DNA of 64,000 bases from Eledone cirrhosa (Eukaryota), in the NCBI GenBank assembly GCA_964016885.1, contig OZ024743.1, forward strand, positions 54,932,001 to 54,996,000, written 5' to 3'. The position numbers were made by a program, and so were the translations under genes. A model generated the notes under the pieces. It saw nothing but the letters and a program-made list of their open reading frames with translations. It was not told the origin of the DNA and did not search any database. Positions 27,844 to 41,629 of the stretch are shown in pieces (the stretch's first letter is position 1; each line of letters starts with the position of its first letter).

Positions 27844-28237
27844 CGAGGGTAATCCCAAAAGTAAGGTCTCCAAAGCGATGGGGACGCAGAGAAACTGTTC
27901 GTACGGCTGTTGGCAACACTGTTGTGATTGGTGCTTCCTTCACTCCCAAACAAGCATGCGCGCACTTCGCTGGGATGCTCAATCTTGGTTTGGCAGCCGT
28001 TGAGAATGGAGCTCTCGTTGAACGCTACCACCAAGTACGAATTTCGCGCAGTTATTATATACGAGGGCAATCCCCAAAGTAAGGTCTCCTTCCGAGGAAA
28101 ACATGCGTAAAGATCGGCGGATCACTCTGGATGCTCTCTGCATTTTGGTTCCTGAGGTTTCCCGAAGCACCATCCACAGGATTTTAACGGAAAAGTTACA
28201 ATATCGGAAGGAGACCTTACTTTTGGGATTGCCCTCG
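27844..28237 (+). mobile_element. internally deleted mariner element with a third, internal TIR at 28062-28089
   Basis: TIR cgagggtaatcccaaaagtaaggtctcc / ggagaccttacttttgggattgccctcg. Transposase remnants MELSLNATTKYEFRAVI and RKDRRITLDAL...VSRSTIHRILTEKLQYRK. Confidence 0.85.
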
Positions 28238-28305
28238 TTTATATTCGAACTCCTCACAAAACTCATGAAAATACATTTTTTTTAAATATTCAATATTTAA
28301 CATCT

Positions 28306-28348
28306 AATATTTGATAAGATTATTATACCAATCGAAACCGGTTATATT
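28306..28348 (+). ncRNA. type I hammerhead ribozyme with U3-A8 core
   Basis: aauau-UUGAUAA-gauu auuauacc aauc-GAAA-ccgg-UU-auauu. Confidence 0.78.
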
Positions 28349-28506
28349 TAATGCAACGATTATAAAATTATTCATTCTGTCGGATTAAAGATAAAAATAA
28401 TCTTTTAATATACTTCAGTGCATTTTCACATTCACTTTTTAACCTTTGTTTGTATGGAACTTTACCCCCTTTTTCGACTATATATAATAATAATTATTAT
28501 CATTAT

Positions 28507-28556
<50 letters not shown>

Positions 28557-29011
28557 GGGTTCCTTATATAGGCACAAGGCCAGCAAATTTTTTTTTTTTG
28601 TGGGGATCAATTAAATCGACCCTCGGTACGTCACAAGCAGACTCTTCCGTTGGACGGATGACATAAGATTAGATATTTAACAAATTAGTTTATTACTCAC
28701 GATACTATTAGATTTTCTAACAAATTAGCCCATATGCCACCATACTATTAGAGGAGCTACAGATTTAACCCATTTGGCACTATACTATAAGATGGGAAAA
28801 GGAATTAGCCTATTTTCCCCCATAAACAAAGATTGCAAGAAATGACACTACGAGGAATGATAGTTAAAAAAAAGCCTTCTGTCCTTTCGCTTTCTTGAAG
28901 CTTAAATCTTGTTGGTGTCTTAGGGGAACTGTTGTGAGCTAAAGCGTGTCTTGGGTATTTAAAACCTGGTGGAGACCTTCCCTCTCCAGGCATGAATAAA
29001 GCCTATCTTTC

Positions 29012-29126
<115 letters not shown>

Positions 29127-29339
29127 AGTAGAAGAATCGATATAATGATGCGAGGTGGGTGGGGATCGGTAAAGAACTAAATGCAATGAATGTTGTCAGA
29201 ATATAGAGTAATGATTGCAATGAAAATCATTAGTGAAGGTAACACAATGGTGTCAATGAATCAAAAGAGGAGAGTTGAGATTAAGAAAGATTTTTTTTTT
29301 AATACAAGAAAGAGACTGAATTGTGAGTTAATAAAATTG

Positions 29340-31790
29340 GAAAGCGGCGATTTGGCACTCGTTAGAATGTCGTATAGAATGATTTGCAGTATTTATTTCG
29401 GCTCTCTTCTCTCTGAGTTCAAATCAAGCTGAGGGCAACTTCACTTTTTATCTATTCGAGGACGATAAAAAAGTATTAGTCGAGTACTGGGGTCGAATCT
29501 TCCTCTATATTTATTTTTCACTTTCATTCTTTTATTTTCTGTACTCCTCTGGAAGATGTTTGCTGTATTCAGACCTGGAAAGGGATGACCTCCGCCAGAT
29601 TTTTAAATCCTCTAGAAACAGCCTATGTCAATACGGCGCCCCTACAGCCCCCTCAGGTGTTACGAGTCATACATGCATAGCATCGGAATAAATATCTTGT
29701 TATTTGTTCCAACTGTGCGCTCTCAGTTCAAATTCCGCAATATTTAATTTTGCCTTTCATACTTTTGACAACTATAAAGTACCAGGTCGGTACTGAGGCG
29801 ATTCTGATTTTTTTTTTTTTTTTTTTCATTTCTTCTTGTTTGTATTTTCTTTACTGTGGGGACATTGGCTGTGGTCAAACCTGTAGAGAGATAGGTTTAA
29901 ATACCCCCCGATATACAGTTCAATGGTGCCCGTATATTTTCATTAGGATTTATGGGATAAGTGAGTGATGCATGAAAGAAAAATCAAGGAAGGAAAGCTG
30001 AGAGATTTGTAAATACGGAGAAGAAAGAATGTAAGATAGAGGAGGAAGAGAGAGAGAAAGAGCGAGAGAGAGAGTGAGAGAGAGATAAAGTGTGTGTGTG
30101 TGTGTGTGTTTGTTTGTTTTGAGTGTGTGGGAGGGGAAAGTCGGTTAAATCGACCCAGTGCGTGATTGGTACTTTATTTATCGACCCCGTAAGGATGAAA
30201 GGCAAAGTTAACCTCGGCGGGATTTGAACATAAAGGGCCATAACTCTATGCTGCAAATCATGTTGTCTGACACTGTATTGATTACTGCCCATCCACAGCC
30301 CTCATGGAAGCTGAATAATGGTAGCAAGGACGAAATGTTGAAGATGACAAATTAAATATTTTGTGTAATTTGTTCTGAACCATTGCATTCTGAGTTCAAA
30401 TCCTACTGAGGTATATTTTACTTTTCATCCATTCAGGATCGAGTAAATAAAATACCAGTGCTATACGGTGGATTGATAGCACTGTTTCAACGTCAGATGT
30501 GATGTTTTGCCATACATGTTCCGTATCTCTTAAATCCCGCTGAAATCGACGTTCATCATATCGGGTTCAAGCAAATAAAGTATTAGAGTAAATTTTACAA
30601 CGTCGGACCAGATGCCTTTCAGTAGTTGCTCCCGCTCTTTGAAATCTCAGTTGAAATCTCACGATGGCTCATTTAAATGATAGTATTAACTTGTCGATTT
30701 AACACTGCATGTCTGCTTGGGTAACATCAGTCCAGGGGCTCGTTCGCCTTAAAAATGTGAGGGAGACAAACCAACATTTGTTGATTCTTAAAGGAGCATG
30801 TTAGTATTGCTTATGGTGCCTTTCCGGGGCCCTATCACCTAAGTAAAATTTTGCGGTAATTCAATTTTATATATTCAAATGAAGTTCAGATATAAAAAAA
30901 TAAGCTTAAAAAGAATTTATTATATCAAATAAACAAAGAATAAAACATAGACGTTTCAAAAAGTGTGTGTGTGTGTGGGGGGGGGGGGGGGCTTGTTCCC
31001 TGGTACCTCCTGAAATACGGCCCTTGCATTAGGGGATTTCATATTTTAAAGTATTCAGTCCAGGTCTTTGATTTCGGGACACTTTCCTCTACCACACACC
31101 AGACTCAGAAGCCCTAGAAAGAGTCGTATGTACAGTCATTCTATTAATAACATATTAAGGACAAGGGAGAATAAAGGAAGGCAGGAGAAGGAAAGAGAAT
31201 AAGGAAAATAAATACAGCAATGATTGAAAATAAGAGATTGGTGGCGAGTAATGAAGATAAGTAAAATATGCAAAGAAGGTGATTTGGAGATTTGCAAAAA
31301 CGAAGAAAGGATTTAGGAGAGAGGTATAAAATAAGTGTGAGGAAACAGAGTAACACTAGCAGGGGACAAATTTTACAGAATACGAATTAGAGGGATCGTT
31401 AAAAAGTGGGATTAAATAAATACTTTGCGCCATTTCTTATGGATCTTTACGTTCTGAGTTCAAATTTTACTGTTCATCCATTCAAGGTTCGGTGAAATAA
31501 AATACTAGTCCTGGGTGGTGGATGAAGGGGACTCTTAGAACGTTAGATGAGATGTTTTGTGGTGTTTGTGATGATCATCTGGGCTCTCAATTCAAATTTC
31601 GCTGATGTCAAATTTTGCCTTTCATTCTTTTTTTGGCGGGGTGAGGGGGGAATAAATATTGTATCAATCCCGGGCCGCTGAGTTGGTGGTATTGTAAAAG
31701 CGTCAGGCGAGATGCTTTGTATTTATTTTGATTCTTTGCAGTCTGAGTTTGAATTCCGCTATCATCAAATTTGTTAGAAGACTTAATATG
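29340..31790 (+). mobile_element. cluster of about 8-10 decayed, same-orientation tRNA-derived SINE heads
   Basis: recurring ctctgagttcaaat...ttttgcctttcatcc...gataaaa...tac.agt motifs at ~29410, 29720, 30390, 30530, 30645, 31450, 31585 and 31740. Confidence 0.6.
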
Positions 31791-32557
31791 TTACCAATTT
31801 TAACACCATCATCTTGCCTTTAGGTGTGATTTGTGGAAACCACTCTACTGCAAGTATGTGGACCACGTCGTTGGTTTGAATATACATTCTTCTCACTTTC
31901 CCACACACCAGCCTGCTAAGGGTCATGGGTTCTGACCGCTCATCTCTGACTTAAGAAGTAAATAAAACAGCAATAAAGAATACAGAGTAAGGGAGATAAG
32001 CGGAATATGCAACGAAGACGAGTGGGGATATTTATAAATATGGAGAAACGTGGTAGAGAGAGAGAGAGAGAGAGTGTTATAATGAATGTAACGAAACAGA
32101 GTAAAGAAGAATGGTTACAGTGAAGGAGAGTAATGGAGGAGGGGGAGGGGGAGAGGAGGAGAGCAAAGTTTGCGATGCGAGAGAGAGAGGAAAGAGAGAG
32201 AGAGAGAAAAGAGAGAGAGGAAAGTTTATAAAGAATGAAAGAGTAGAAGGAGGGGTTGTAATAAATAAACAGTAAGACAGTAGTTGAGGGAAAGGAAAAC
32301 AAGGAATGGGGTAGGGTGGGGAAGGAGGTGGAAGAACGATGTAAAAGTTTCCAAAGCTTGATGCAATATTAAGTGACACCAAACCGTTAGTAATCGGCTT
32401 AAAATATTGTGGATTAGAATCTGTAGTCAAAGCAACTTAGCAGAGCAAGTGAGTCAGAAGTAACAAATAATAGTAGCGGGGAGAGGAGGAGGTCGAACAG
32501 ATATGCCATACACAAACATATGTATGGGGAATATATATATATATATACATGTGTGTT

Positions 32558-32588
<31 letters not shown>

Positions 32589-32601
32589 ATGTGTGTCTGT
32601 A

Positions 32602-32689
<88 letters not shown>

Positions 32690-32788
32690 GATAGATACAT
32701 GTGTGTGTGTATATATATACATGTGTGTGTATATATATATATTCCCCATGTATATGTGTATGTGTGTATGTGTGTCTGTATATGTGTG

Positions 32789-32860
<72 letters not shown>

Positions 32861-32899
32861 ATGTATGTATGTGTATACATGTGTGTATATGTTTGTGTG

Positions 32900-32965
<66 letters not shown>

Positions 32966-33385
32966 CATACATACACACACATATATATACATACATATAT
33001 ATATATGTATATAAGCACACTCACACAGTAAGACAAGCACACACACACATGTGTGTGTCTACATGTATTGTAATAAATATGTTCAAATATATTTGGAATA
33101 AACAAGTTAGAAAAGTGGGATATTCTTCTTTGTTAAACACATGCGAAGCTATACATATGTATGCCTTCATGTGGGTCGTGCAATTGTGTGCACAGTTTTG
33201 TATGTGTGCGCGTGCGCATTTCTGCATGTAGCTGTGTGAACTAACTTATGTATCCATGGTTGTATCAGGCTATAGATATGCATTTCAAAACAATTACAAA
33301 CCTATAAAAAAAATTGTTATATATCTATATATATGCATATCTACACAGACACACACTCACACACAGACACACACAGACACACACA

Positions 33386-33436
<51 letters not shown>

Positions 33437-33917
33437 CAATATATATATAAATATATACATACTGAGAAAGGGAGAAGAGGCATACATATTTTTATGCATA
33501 TATATATATATGTATAAATATACACACATACACACACACACCCGCGCGCTGACAGGTCCAGGTGTGCATCAGTCACAGTTTGAGGGAGGTAAAAAAATTA
33601 GACCATGTGAGGTTTTTTTGATGGGGGGAGGGGGGGGGGTCGTGTGTAAATCATTGCATGTCGCTTCTACGTGAAATAAGTAGGGTGTTACATATATACA
33701 CACACAACTGAAGCATCGCACATCCACCAATTTCATCCCTTCGACACACATCACACCATCACACCCTTGTACCCCCCACTTAGTCCCCCGCACTCAACAC
33801 CGGACCTTCCTCCTCTCACCCCTACCTATCAGTCTTCCCCTAACAACCTAACTTCCTAACCTAAATGTCACACACTACTTTCATACATCTACCTGTTCTC
33901 TCATTATCTGAATTTTC

Positions 33918-33949
33918 CTGATGAAGGACTTCCGTCCGAAACTTCGGTC
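33918..33949 (+). ncRNA. hammerhead core without an obvious stem I (similar cores 11338-11370 - and 17053-17082 -)
   Basis: CUGAUGA-a ggac uucc gucc-GAAA-c uucg g-UC. Confidence 0.55.
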
Positions 33950-34024
33950 CCAGCAAACCTAATATAACTAATTTCATATTCTTCTGTCTGTTGTGTTTCC
34001 TTTATTAACTAATATATATATACG

Positions 34025-34142
<118 letters not shown>

Positions 34143-34513
34143 GGCCTATGGCTTAGTGTTTAAAGCGTTGGATTGCAATTGAGTGGTTGAGAGTTCGATT
34201 CTCGGACCGGGTGATGCGTTGAGTCCTTAACAAAACACTTTATATCACGAGGCTCCAGTTAACTCAACCGTAGAAATTAGTTGTGACGTCACTGGTGCCA
34301 AGCTGTATGGGCATAGCCTTTCCCTTGGACAACGTCGGTGGCATGGAGAGGGGAGGCCGGTATGTATGGGCGGCTGCTGGTCTTCCACAAAGAAACCTTG
34401 CCCAGGCTTGTGCCTCGGAGAGAAACCTTCAAAATGCAAAACCATGATTATAATCATTATTAGCGACTGATGGGCTCCTTTGAGATAGATATATATATAT
34501 AATCTCAAAAGGG

Positions 34514-34588
<75 letters not shown>

Positions 34589-34875
34589 GTAAGTATATAT
34601 ATTATGCACATTTTTAGATTTTTTTTTATCTAATATTCATTTCATATAGGTATATCTACAGCCTGTAGTTTCGCGATGAACATGTATATAAATATGAAAA
34701 ACGTCTGTTATCTTTGTATACAGTAAAACACAAGACATTGATTTTATTTGTTTCACAGCTGATCTTTCACCAGAATACAACTCTTATTATTCTTCCGGGT
34801 ATGGCGAGAACCAATAATCAAACGCTATTTATACGTGAAACAAACCAGGGGTGGCTAGTTTAATTTGTATAATGT

Positions 34876-35062
34876 CCTTTCTACTTTTGGCACAAGGCCA
34901 GCAATTATCCCAGTGTATTACTGGTACTTTATTTTATCGACCCCGTAAGGATGAAAGGCAAAGTTAACCTCGGCGGGATTTGAACTCAGTTCGTAAAGGG
35001 ACGTAACTGTGCTGCAAAGCATGGCGTCCGACCCTCTACCGATACTGCCAATCCACCGCCTT
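34876..35062 (-). mobile_element. tRNA-derived SINE, abundant family (copies 13085-13180, 30125-30302, 51449-51652, 51670-51868 and 63648-63835 on -; 35545-35710 on +)
   Basis: minus strand reads ggcggtggattggcagtatcgg (A box), gagttcaaatccc (B box), gcctttcatccttacggggtcgataaaata, then ctggccttgtgccaaaa. Confidence 0.85.
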
Positions 35063-35179
35063 ATTGAAATAATGAATATTTATGAAGTCCACCATTATTG
35101 CAATATTGAATATTTATACACAGTAGAGGGAATTATTGAAATTGTGAGATAAATATAATCTAAGTGTAAGGTGTTCTTA

Positions 35180-35540
35180 CTCATAGCTCTTAGTCCGGCT
35201 TGTTCGGTCGGGAACACAGGTCAATCAATCCTCTCCAAAGCTGTCGGTAGACTACATCTCGTTGTCATCCGTGTCAGGTGATGTTGACGGTTTGCAGGTC
35301 TCTTTGGAATATCCGCCAACAGGTCATCTTCGGTCAGAATCTGTTCCGCTTGCTTTCAGGGGGAGTCCACATCATTGCCGTTTTGGACGGGCGATGTTTT
35401 GGGAGGCACGGAATGTGACCGAAATGAGACCGGCGCTCCGTGATGATCTGCAGTGAACGCGACTCTGCTCTCCGCAGGATATCTTCGTTCGTTACCCAAT
35501 CTCGCCAGGAGATCTTTAGAATCTTAGGCAGACACATTTG
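35180..35540 (-). mobile_element. RTE-like LINE 3' fragment
   Basis: CLPKILKISWRDWVTNEDILRRA...FGHIPCLPKHRPSK. Confidence 0.75.
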
Positions 35541-35820
35541 ATCGATAGGCGTAAGGGTTTCACTGAATGTAAACCCAGCCGAGGTCGACTTTTCCTTGCA
35601 TCCTTCCGAGTTTGATCAAATGCCGTAATAGTTAAGTACTGGGGGTATATAAACAAATTTTTCTTCCCCCACCAAGATTGCTAGATTTGCTGCAAAATTA
35701 GAAACCATTACTATATATACATTGACGCAAACACACAGACACACACATATATATATATATATATATATGTGTGTGTCTGTGTGTGCGCACGCGTGTGTGC
35801 GTCAATGCCTGTAAATTTCT

Positions 35821-35862
<42 letters not shown>

Positions 35863-36158
35863 CGAGTACGACCCCGACGGAGTTCAAGCCGTTTTGACGG
35901 CTAATTCCTATTACCCACTCTACTACTCTAAGTATTGAGTACTTTGGTGCGTTATGGTCCACCTGGTTCCTTACCACATTTCCTTCGTTATATATATATA
36001 TATATATATGTATGTATATTTATGCATACGGTTATATACATGTATTTTTATATGAATGTAACTGTATAATAAATATTTCTATATTAAATATATATACACT
36101 GCTATATATTATTGAGTACCTTAATTACTGGGGTTACCCCGATTGAACCCCGGATAAA

Positions 36159-36255
<97 letters not shown>

Positions 36256-36967
36256 TCATATAACATTACCATTACTGTGACTGATCACAACATCAAACGA
36301 CTCTCTCTCTTCAAATCTGGATATTTCCACAACTCTGCTGCACAGCAAATATCTTTAGTGATTTACTTATTCATCGCAATACACATTTAATTCAATTATA
36401 TAGATATTTTATTTAATTGGAATCCTTTAAGTTTCAGTAAAGCACCTGTCTGATATTGCGCCCTAAACGACTGCCTAGTTTGTCATAAAAACAGCGCCTA
36501 CCCTGATTGCCGTCGAGATAACTTAAAGACTGAATGCGTAAAAAAAAAAACCCGATATATCGTAATGATCGCAATAATTTATAACACAGTCGCTGAAGAT
36601 TTATTACCTGAGAAAACGGTAAAGCACCAATCAACACAACACGGTGCATTAGTCTCTATCATGAATTATTTCGAAATCATACAAAGAATATAACCAATAT
36701 TTTTACAACACAATCATTAGTTCAGGTTGATCAAATTTAGAAAAACAAAAATATGGAAATATTCTTAGTAATAAATATTAACTTTATATGCCTATCAAGA
36801 TACACACAGACACACACACATATATATATATGTATATACACACACATACACATATGTGTGTGTGTGTGTGTGTGTATATATATGTGTGTGAGTGTATATA
36901 TATATATATATGCATATATATTATATAAATATGTACGTATATATCCATATATATGATATAAATATGT

Positions 36968-37042
<75 letters not shown>

Positions 37043-37562
37043 TATATACATATATATATTATTGTGTGTATATACATTAAATATAAATTATATACATATT
37101 GTGTACATATATACATATATATTATGTGAGTGTGTATGTAAATCCCTTCTCACATATGCACACACACGCACACATAAACACACACACACACACACGCTCA
37201 CATCTACTCATATACAGTGTTAGCATTCATATCGGTTGAACTTAAGCTTCACAATTTGGTGAAAACATTCAGATATAACTATGAGTCTGTCTTCAGACGA
37301 TTCAACCCAATTGCCCTTCATTCGATCCATTCATCTGTCTATGCGTTCGTGAATTCCTGTGGCCTCGTGTGTAGGGTGTTTCGTTCACGACAGTTATGTC
37401 ATGAGTTCGATTCCCGACAGCGGATTGTATCTTTGGTCATTTTATTTCAAGTGGCTTCAGTCCACTCAGCTGGAAAATAATGAGTTGTTCTTGTAATTCA
37501 AAGGGACTGCCATATCACCCAGTGTGTCACGCCGAATATCCCTGAGAACTGTGTTGAGTCTT

Positions 37563-37647
<85 letters not shown>

Positions 37648-37776
37648 GTATATATATATATAAGTATATATATATATATGTATATATAGATATATGTATA
37701 TATAGAGAGAGATTTATATGTGTATATATATATATATACAAATAAATAAATATATATATATATATACACTCACACA

Positions 37777-37822
<46 letters not shown>

Positions 37823-38246
37823 AAATGATAAACACTTATACAAGTATATAAGTGTTTGTATTGCAAATGAACAAATTAGCTAGATTGAAAAATACTAATT
37901 AAATTAAATTAAATAAATTAATACAGTTTGCCTGTCTCGATTTAAAATAATAAATCAATAAAAACAAACCTATATTGGCAACAGCAGTGATACCCGGACA
38001 AATTTAAATTTCAAAACTCAAATTTGTTTCGCAACAATAAGTGAAAGTTCCATTTCTGTGCTCATCTGCAGGTATCCAGAAATTGGTATGTTTCACTTCA
38101 AAATACTTCGGAAGACTGAGAGAAATGTGTTGTTGAACGCACATGTGTCCCAGCGTCTAGCCAATCCTATACTCGTGCCGCCAGAAATAGTAGCCGGTTT
38201 TATGGGACTAAAAAATTTAGCTCAACACATGGAGCCGAGAATACAA

Positions 38247-38411
38247 TATATAGAGTTATAAACTCAAACAGTCTTTTACAATTGAATAGCTCAAAGAAAG
38301 AGAGATTTCTTATATTTATCATATATTCATTTGTATTACACGGCTCAGAAATATCTCTTTCTTTGAGCTATTTAATTATAAAAGACTGTTTGAGTTTATA
38401 ACTCTATATAT
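38247..38411. repeat. ~60-bp inverted repeat ending in a TA tract
   Basis: tatagagttataaactcaaacagtctttta...gaaagag versus ctctttctttgagcta...tgagtttataactctata. Confidence 0.85.
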
Positions 38412-38595
38412 AGTATATATATATATATATGAATAGGGAAATCTGCTTCGTAGAATCGAGACGTATCCGAGGACTGCGCGATTTCAGAGTCAGGTTGGAT
38501 CACCACATCGATCATACCTCGAGCTGGTCGCCCGAGAAACAATTGTAATATGCCTAATAAATTCCTTTCGTCGCATCACTGATTCGCTTTTTTCT

Positions 38596-38672
<77 letters not shown>

Positions 38673-38853
38673 CATATATATGTATATATAATTATATATA
38701 TATATATATACATATCTATATATATATGTATATATATATATGTATATGTATATATACATATACATATATATATATATATATGTATATGTATATGTATATA
38801 TATATAATATATATATGTATATGTATATATATATGTATATGTATAGGTATATG

Positions 38854-38884
<31 letters not shown>

Positions 38885-39103
38885 ATGTGTGTATATATGT
38901 GTGTGTGTGTGTGTATATAGGAAAAGAGTTAGGACCCCGACGGCTGAGCTCCCGACAGTTAGTTCTGAACTAGCTGTCGAAACGGCCAGAGCTCAGCCTT
39001 TGGGCCCTGACTCCTTTCCTATTACCCACTCTACGACCCATAGTATCGAGTGCTCTGGTGCGTTATGTACCACCTGGTTCCTTACCACACTTGGTACGTT
39101 ATG

Positions 39104-39148
<45 letters not shown>

Positions 39149-39380
39149 CATGTATATTTTTATTTGTTTGACCCGAATTACTTGAACGTATTTTTTGGCT
39201 GTGCGAATGATTGTTTAAACTTCGTCTCAGTGTGTTTGGTATTACACGTTAGTTATAGCTCTGGTTCAACCGAACCATTGAGCACTTTGCCGAAAATTTC
39301 GGAGATTGTTTTTCGTTATTTCGTGGGCCGAAGTTTCGATTCTCGATAATTTTATTTGTATATATATATATACATATATA

Positions 39381-40190
39381 TTAGAATTGGAGCTCTGAGA
39401 TAGCAATATATATATGGATGTATATATAATGTATTTTGCAATACACTTTATGCTTAATTAAAAGCATTTTGAAGACCGTATGCTATTGTTTTAGAGTAGT
39501 GACAAATTCACTTACTTTAATCTCAGCAAACAGGGGAGATAAGCCGACAAGGACTTGTTTCGCTTTTTTTGAAGCTTATCAAGGCTAACTACCCATCCTG
39601 TCTACTGAGATTACTGATGTTATATTCTTATAGAATTCTAGTAAATAATCAGGAACTGATTATACAGAGCGATTGTTGGTCAGGCAGAAATTAAAAATTA
39701 GAATTGGAGCTCTGAAATAGCAATATATATATGGATGTATATATAATGTATTTTGCAATACACTTTATGCTGAGATTAAAGTAAGTGAATTTGTCACTAC
39801 TCTAAAACAATAGCATATGGTCTTCAAAATGCTTTTAATTAAGCATAAAGTGTATTGCAAAATACATTATATATACATCCATATATATATTGCTATTTCA
39901 GCAATTCTAATTTTTAATTTCTGCCTGACCAACAATCGCTCTGTATAATCAGTTCCTGATTATTTACTAGAATTCTATAAGAATATAACATCAGTAATCT
40001 CAGTAGACAGGATGGGTAGTTAGCCTTGATAAGCTTCAACAAAAGCGAAACAAGGCCTTGTCGGCTTATCTCCCCTGTTTGCTGAGATTAAAGTAAGTGA
40101 ATTTGTCACTACTCTAAAACAATAGCATACGGTCATCAAAATGCTTTTAATTAAGCATAAAGTGTATTGCAATATACATTATATATACAT

Positions 40191-40195
<5 letters not shown>
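39381..40195. mobile_element. retrozyme-like ~315-bp unit, present both in tandem and inverted, with a U3-A8 HHR (39542-39586 -, 40022-40066 +)
   Basis: ttagaattggagctctga at 39381 and 39698; tgagattaaagtaagtg at 39771 and 40083. HHR agcc-UUGAUAA-gcuu..aagc-GAAA-caaggccuug-UC-ggcu. Confidence 0.82.
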
Positions 40196-40234
<39 letters not shown>

Positions 40235-40242
<8 letters not shown>

Positions 40243-40655
40243 AGATCAAAAGATGGTTAAAGGAGTTCAATATATTTTATTATGCGCATTTCAAAAACAA
40301 ACATCATCAAACAATAATATTTGTGTTTTCATCAGATAAAACAGGAGAACATGATATGAAGGCTAAAAAAACACTTGTTGATAGTGCAGTTTTAAATCAA
40401 CATATGTTGATTTAAAACTGCACTATCAACAAGTGTTTTTTTAGCCTTCATATCATGTTCTCCTGTTTTATCTGATGAAAACACAAATATTATTGTTTGA
40501 TGATGTTTGTTTTTGAAATGCGCATAATAAAATATATTGAACTCCTTTAACCATCTTTTGATCTTATATTATGCATACTCCAGTCCCACAAACTGTAGAG
40601 TGCTTCTTATCCGATATCTGCATTGCTTTATTGTACTACAATAAAACTCACCTCC

Positions 40656-40660
<5 letters not shown>
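40235..40660 (+). mobile_element. perfect 338-bp palindrome (40235-40572, no spacer) plus tail; HHRs at 40466-40532 (+) and 40275-40341 (-)
   Basis: Centre cat|atg at 40403/40404. HHR uuuuau-CUGAUGA-stem II-GAAA-ugcgca-UA-auaaaa. Confidence 0.88.
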
Positions 40661-40696
<36 letters not shown>

Positions 40697-40702
<6 letters not shown>

Positions 40703-41558
40703 ATACTTTGGGACGGCCATGTTGCCAATAAGAAACACACGCACCAGTCGCTTTCACGCCAATTTATTATAAATTAAAAAATAAAAAAATAAAAAAATAA
40801 AAAAAAACAATTTTTTTTACAAAAATTGTTCATAAATTTCAGGTTGGTTGGTTCCACAATCGGACGGTTGTTCATATGTTATCAAAGTTCTTTCCTTACA
40901 CATTCTGTGACCTCTTCAGTGACTGGGATTCTTTTCTTTGTTTTTGTGCCTCTCCTTTGTTCTGTCCTACGCCATCTTGTTTTTGTGTGTGTTGTGTGCT
41001 TAGTTTGCGCATGTGTTACATCCGGGTGTCTGTGTGTGTTTATATTTGTTTATTTATTTGTTTATTTACATGTTACTGGCTGGTTGTTTGTTCTATGGGC
41101 GTGTGTGTTTTCATTTTGTTCTTAATTGTAAGTTGTGATGTTGCTGTTCCATTCATGTTTTCTATTTAATTTTGGTTGGAGTTCATTTATGTTTATTGCC
41201 TCTGTGATTTGTCTAAACATTGCGTATTTTCTGTGTGTAGATTCTATTTTTATTTCTGTCCTCTAATTTACCCTTATGTTCTATTTTAGCATGTTGGTAG
41301 AGTACAGATGATTCTTTACTATCTTGAAGGTCTCGCCAGTGTTCATTAACCGTTCCCCTATACTACGAGCTGTCTCACCTATGTACACTATATTCTTATC
41401 TCTACATTGTCCTTCAGTACATCTTATGCTATATACTACATTTCTAGTTTTACAGTTAATATGGGGGCTTAATTTACAGATTATACATTTCTTATCTATA
41501 CAGGGAGGTTTCAACACACGTTTTCAGATAAAGAATCTTGCTAAACAAATTCAGAAAC

Positions 41559-41562
<4 letters not shown>
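40697..41562 (-). mobile_element. PLE 3' fragment (GIY-YIG plus HHR) with a short inverted tail segment at 41507-41562
   Basis: CIDKKCIICK..NCKTRNVVYSIRC..YIGETARSIGER. Homologous to 12150-12890; segment 41507-41562 matches 12892-12947 in the opposite orientation relative to the element body. Confidence 0.88.
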
Positions 41563-41629
<67 letters not shown>

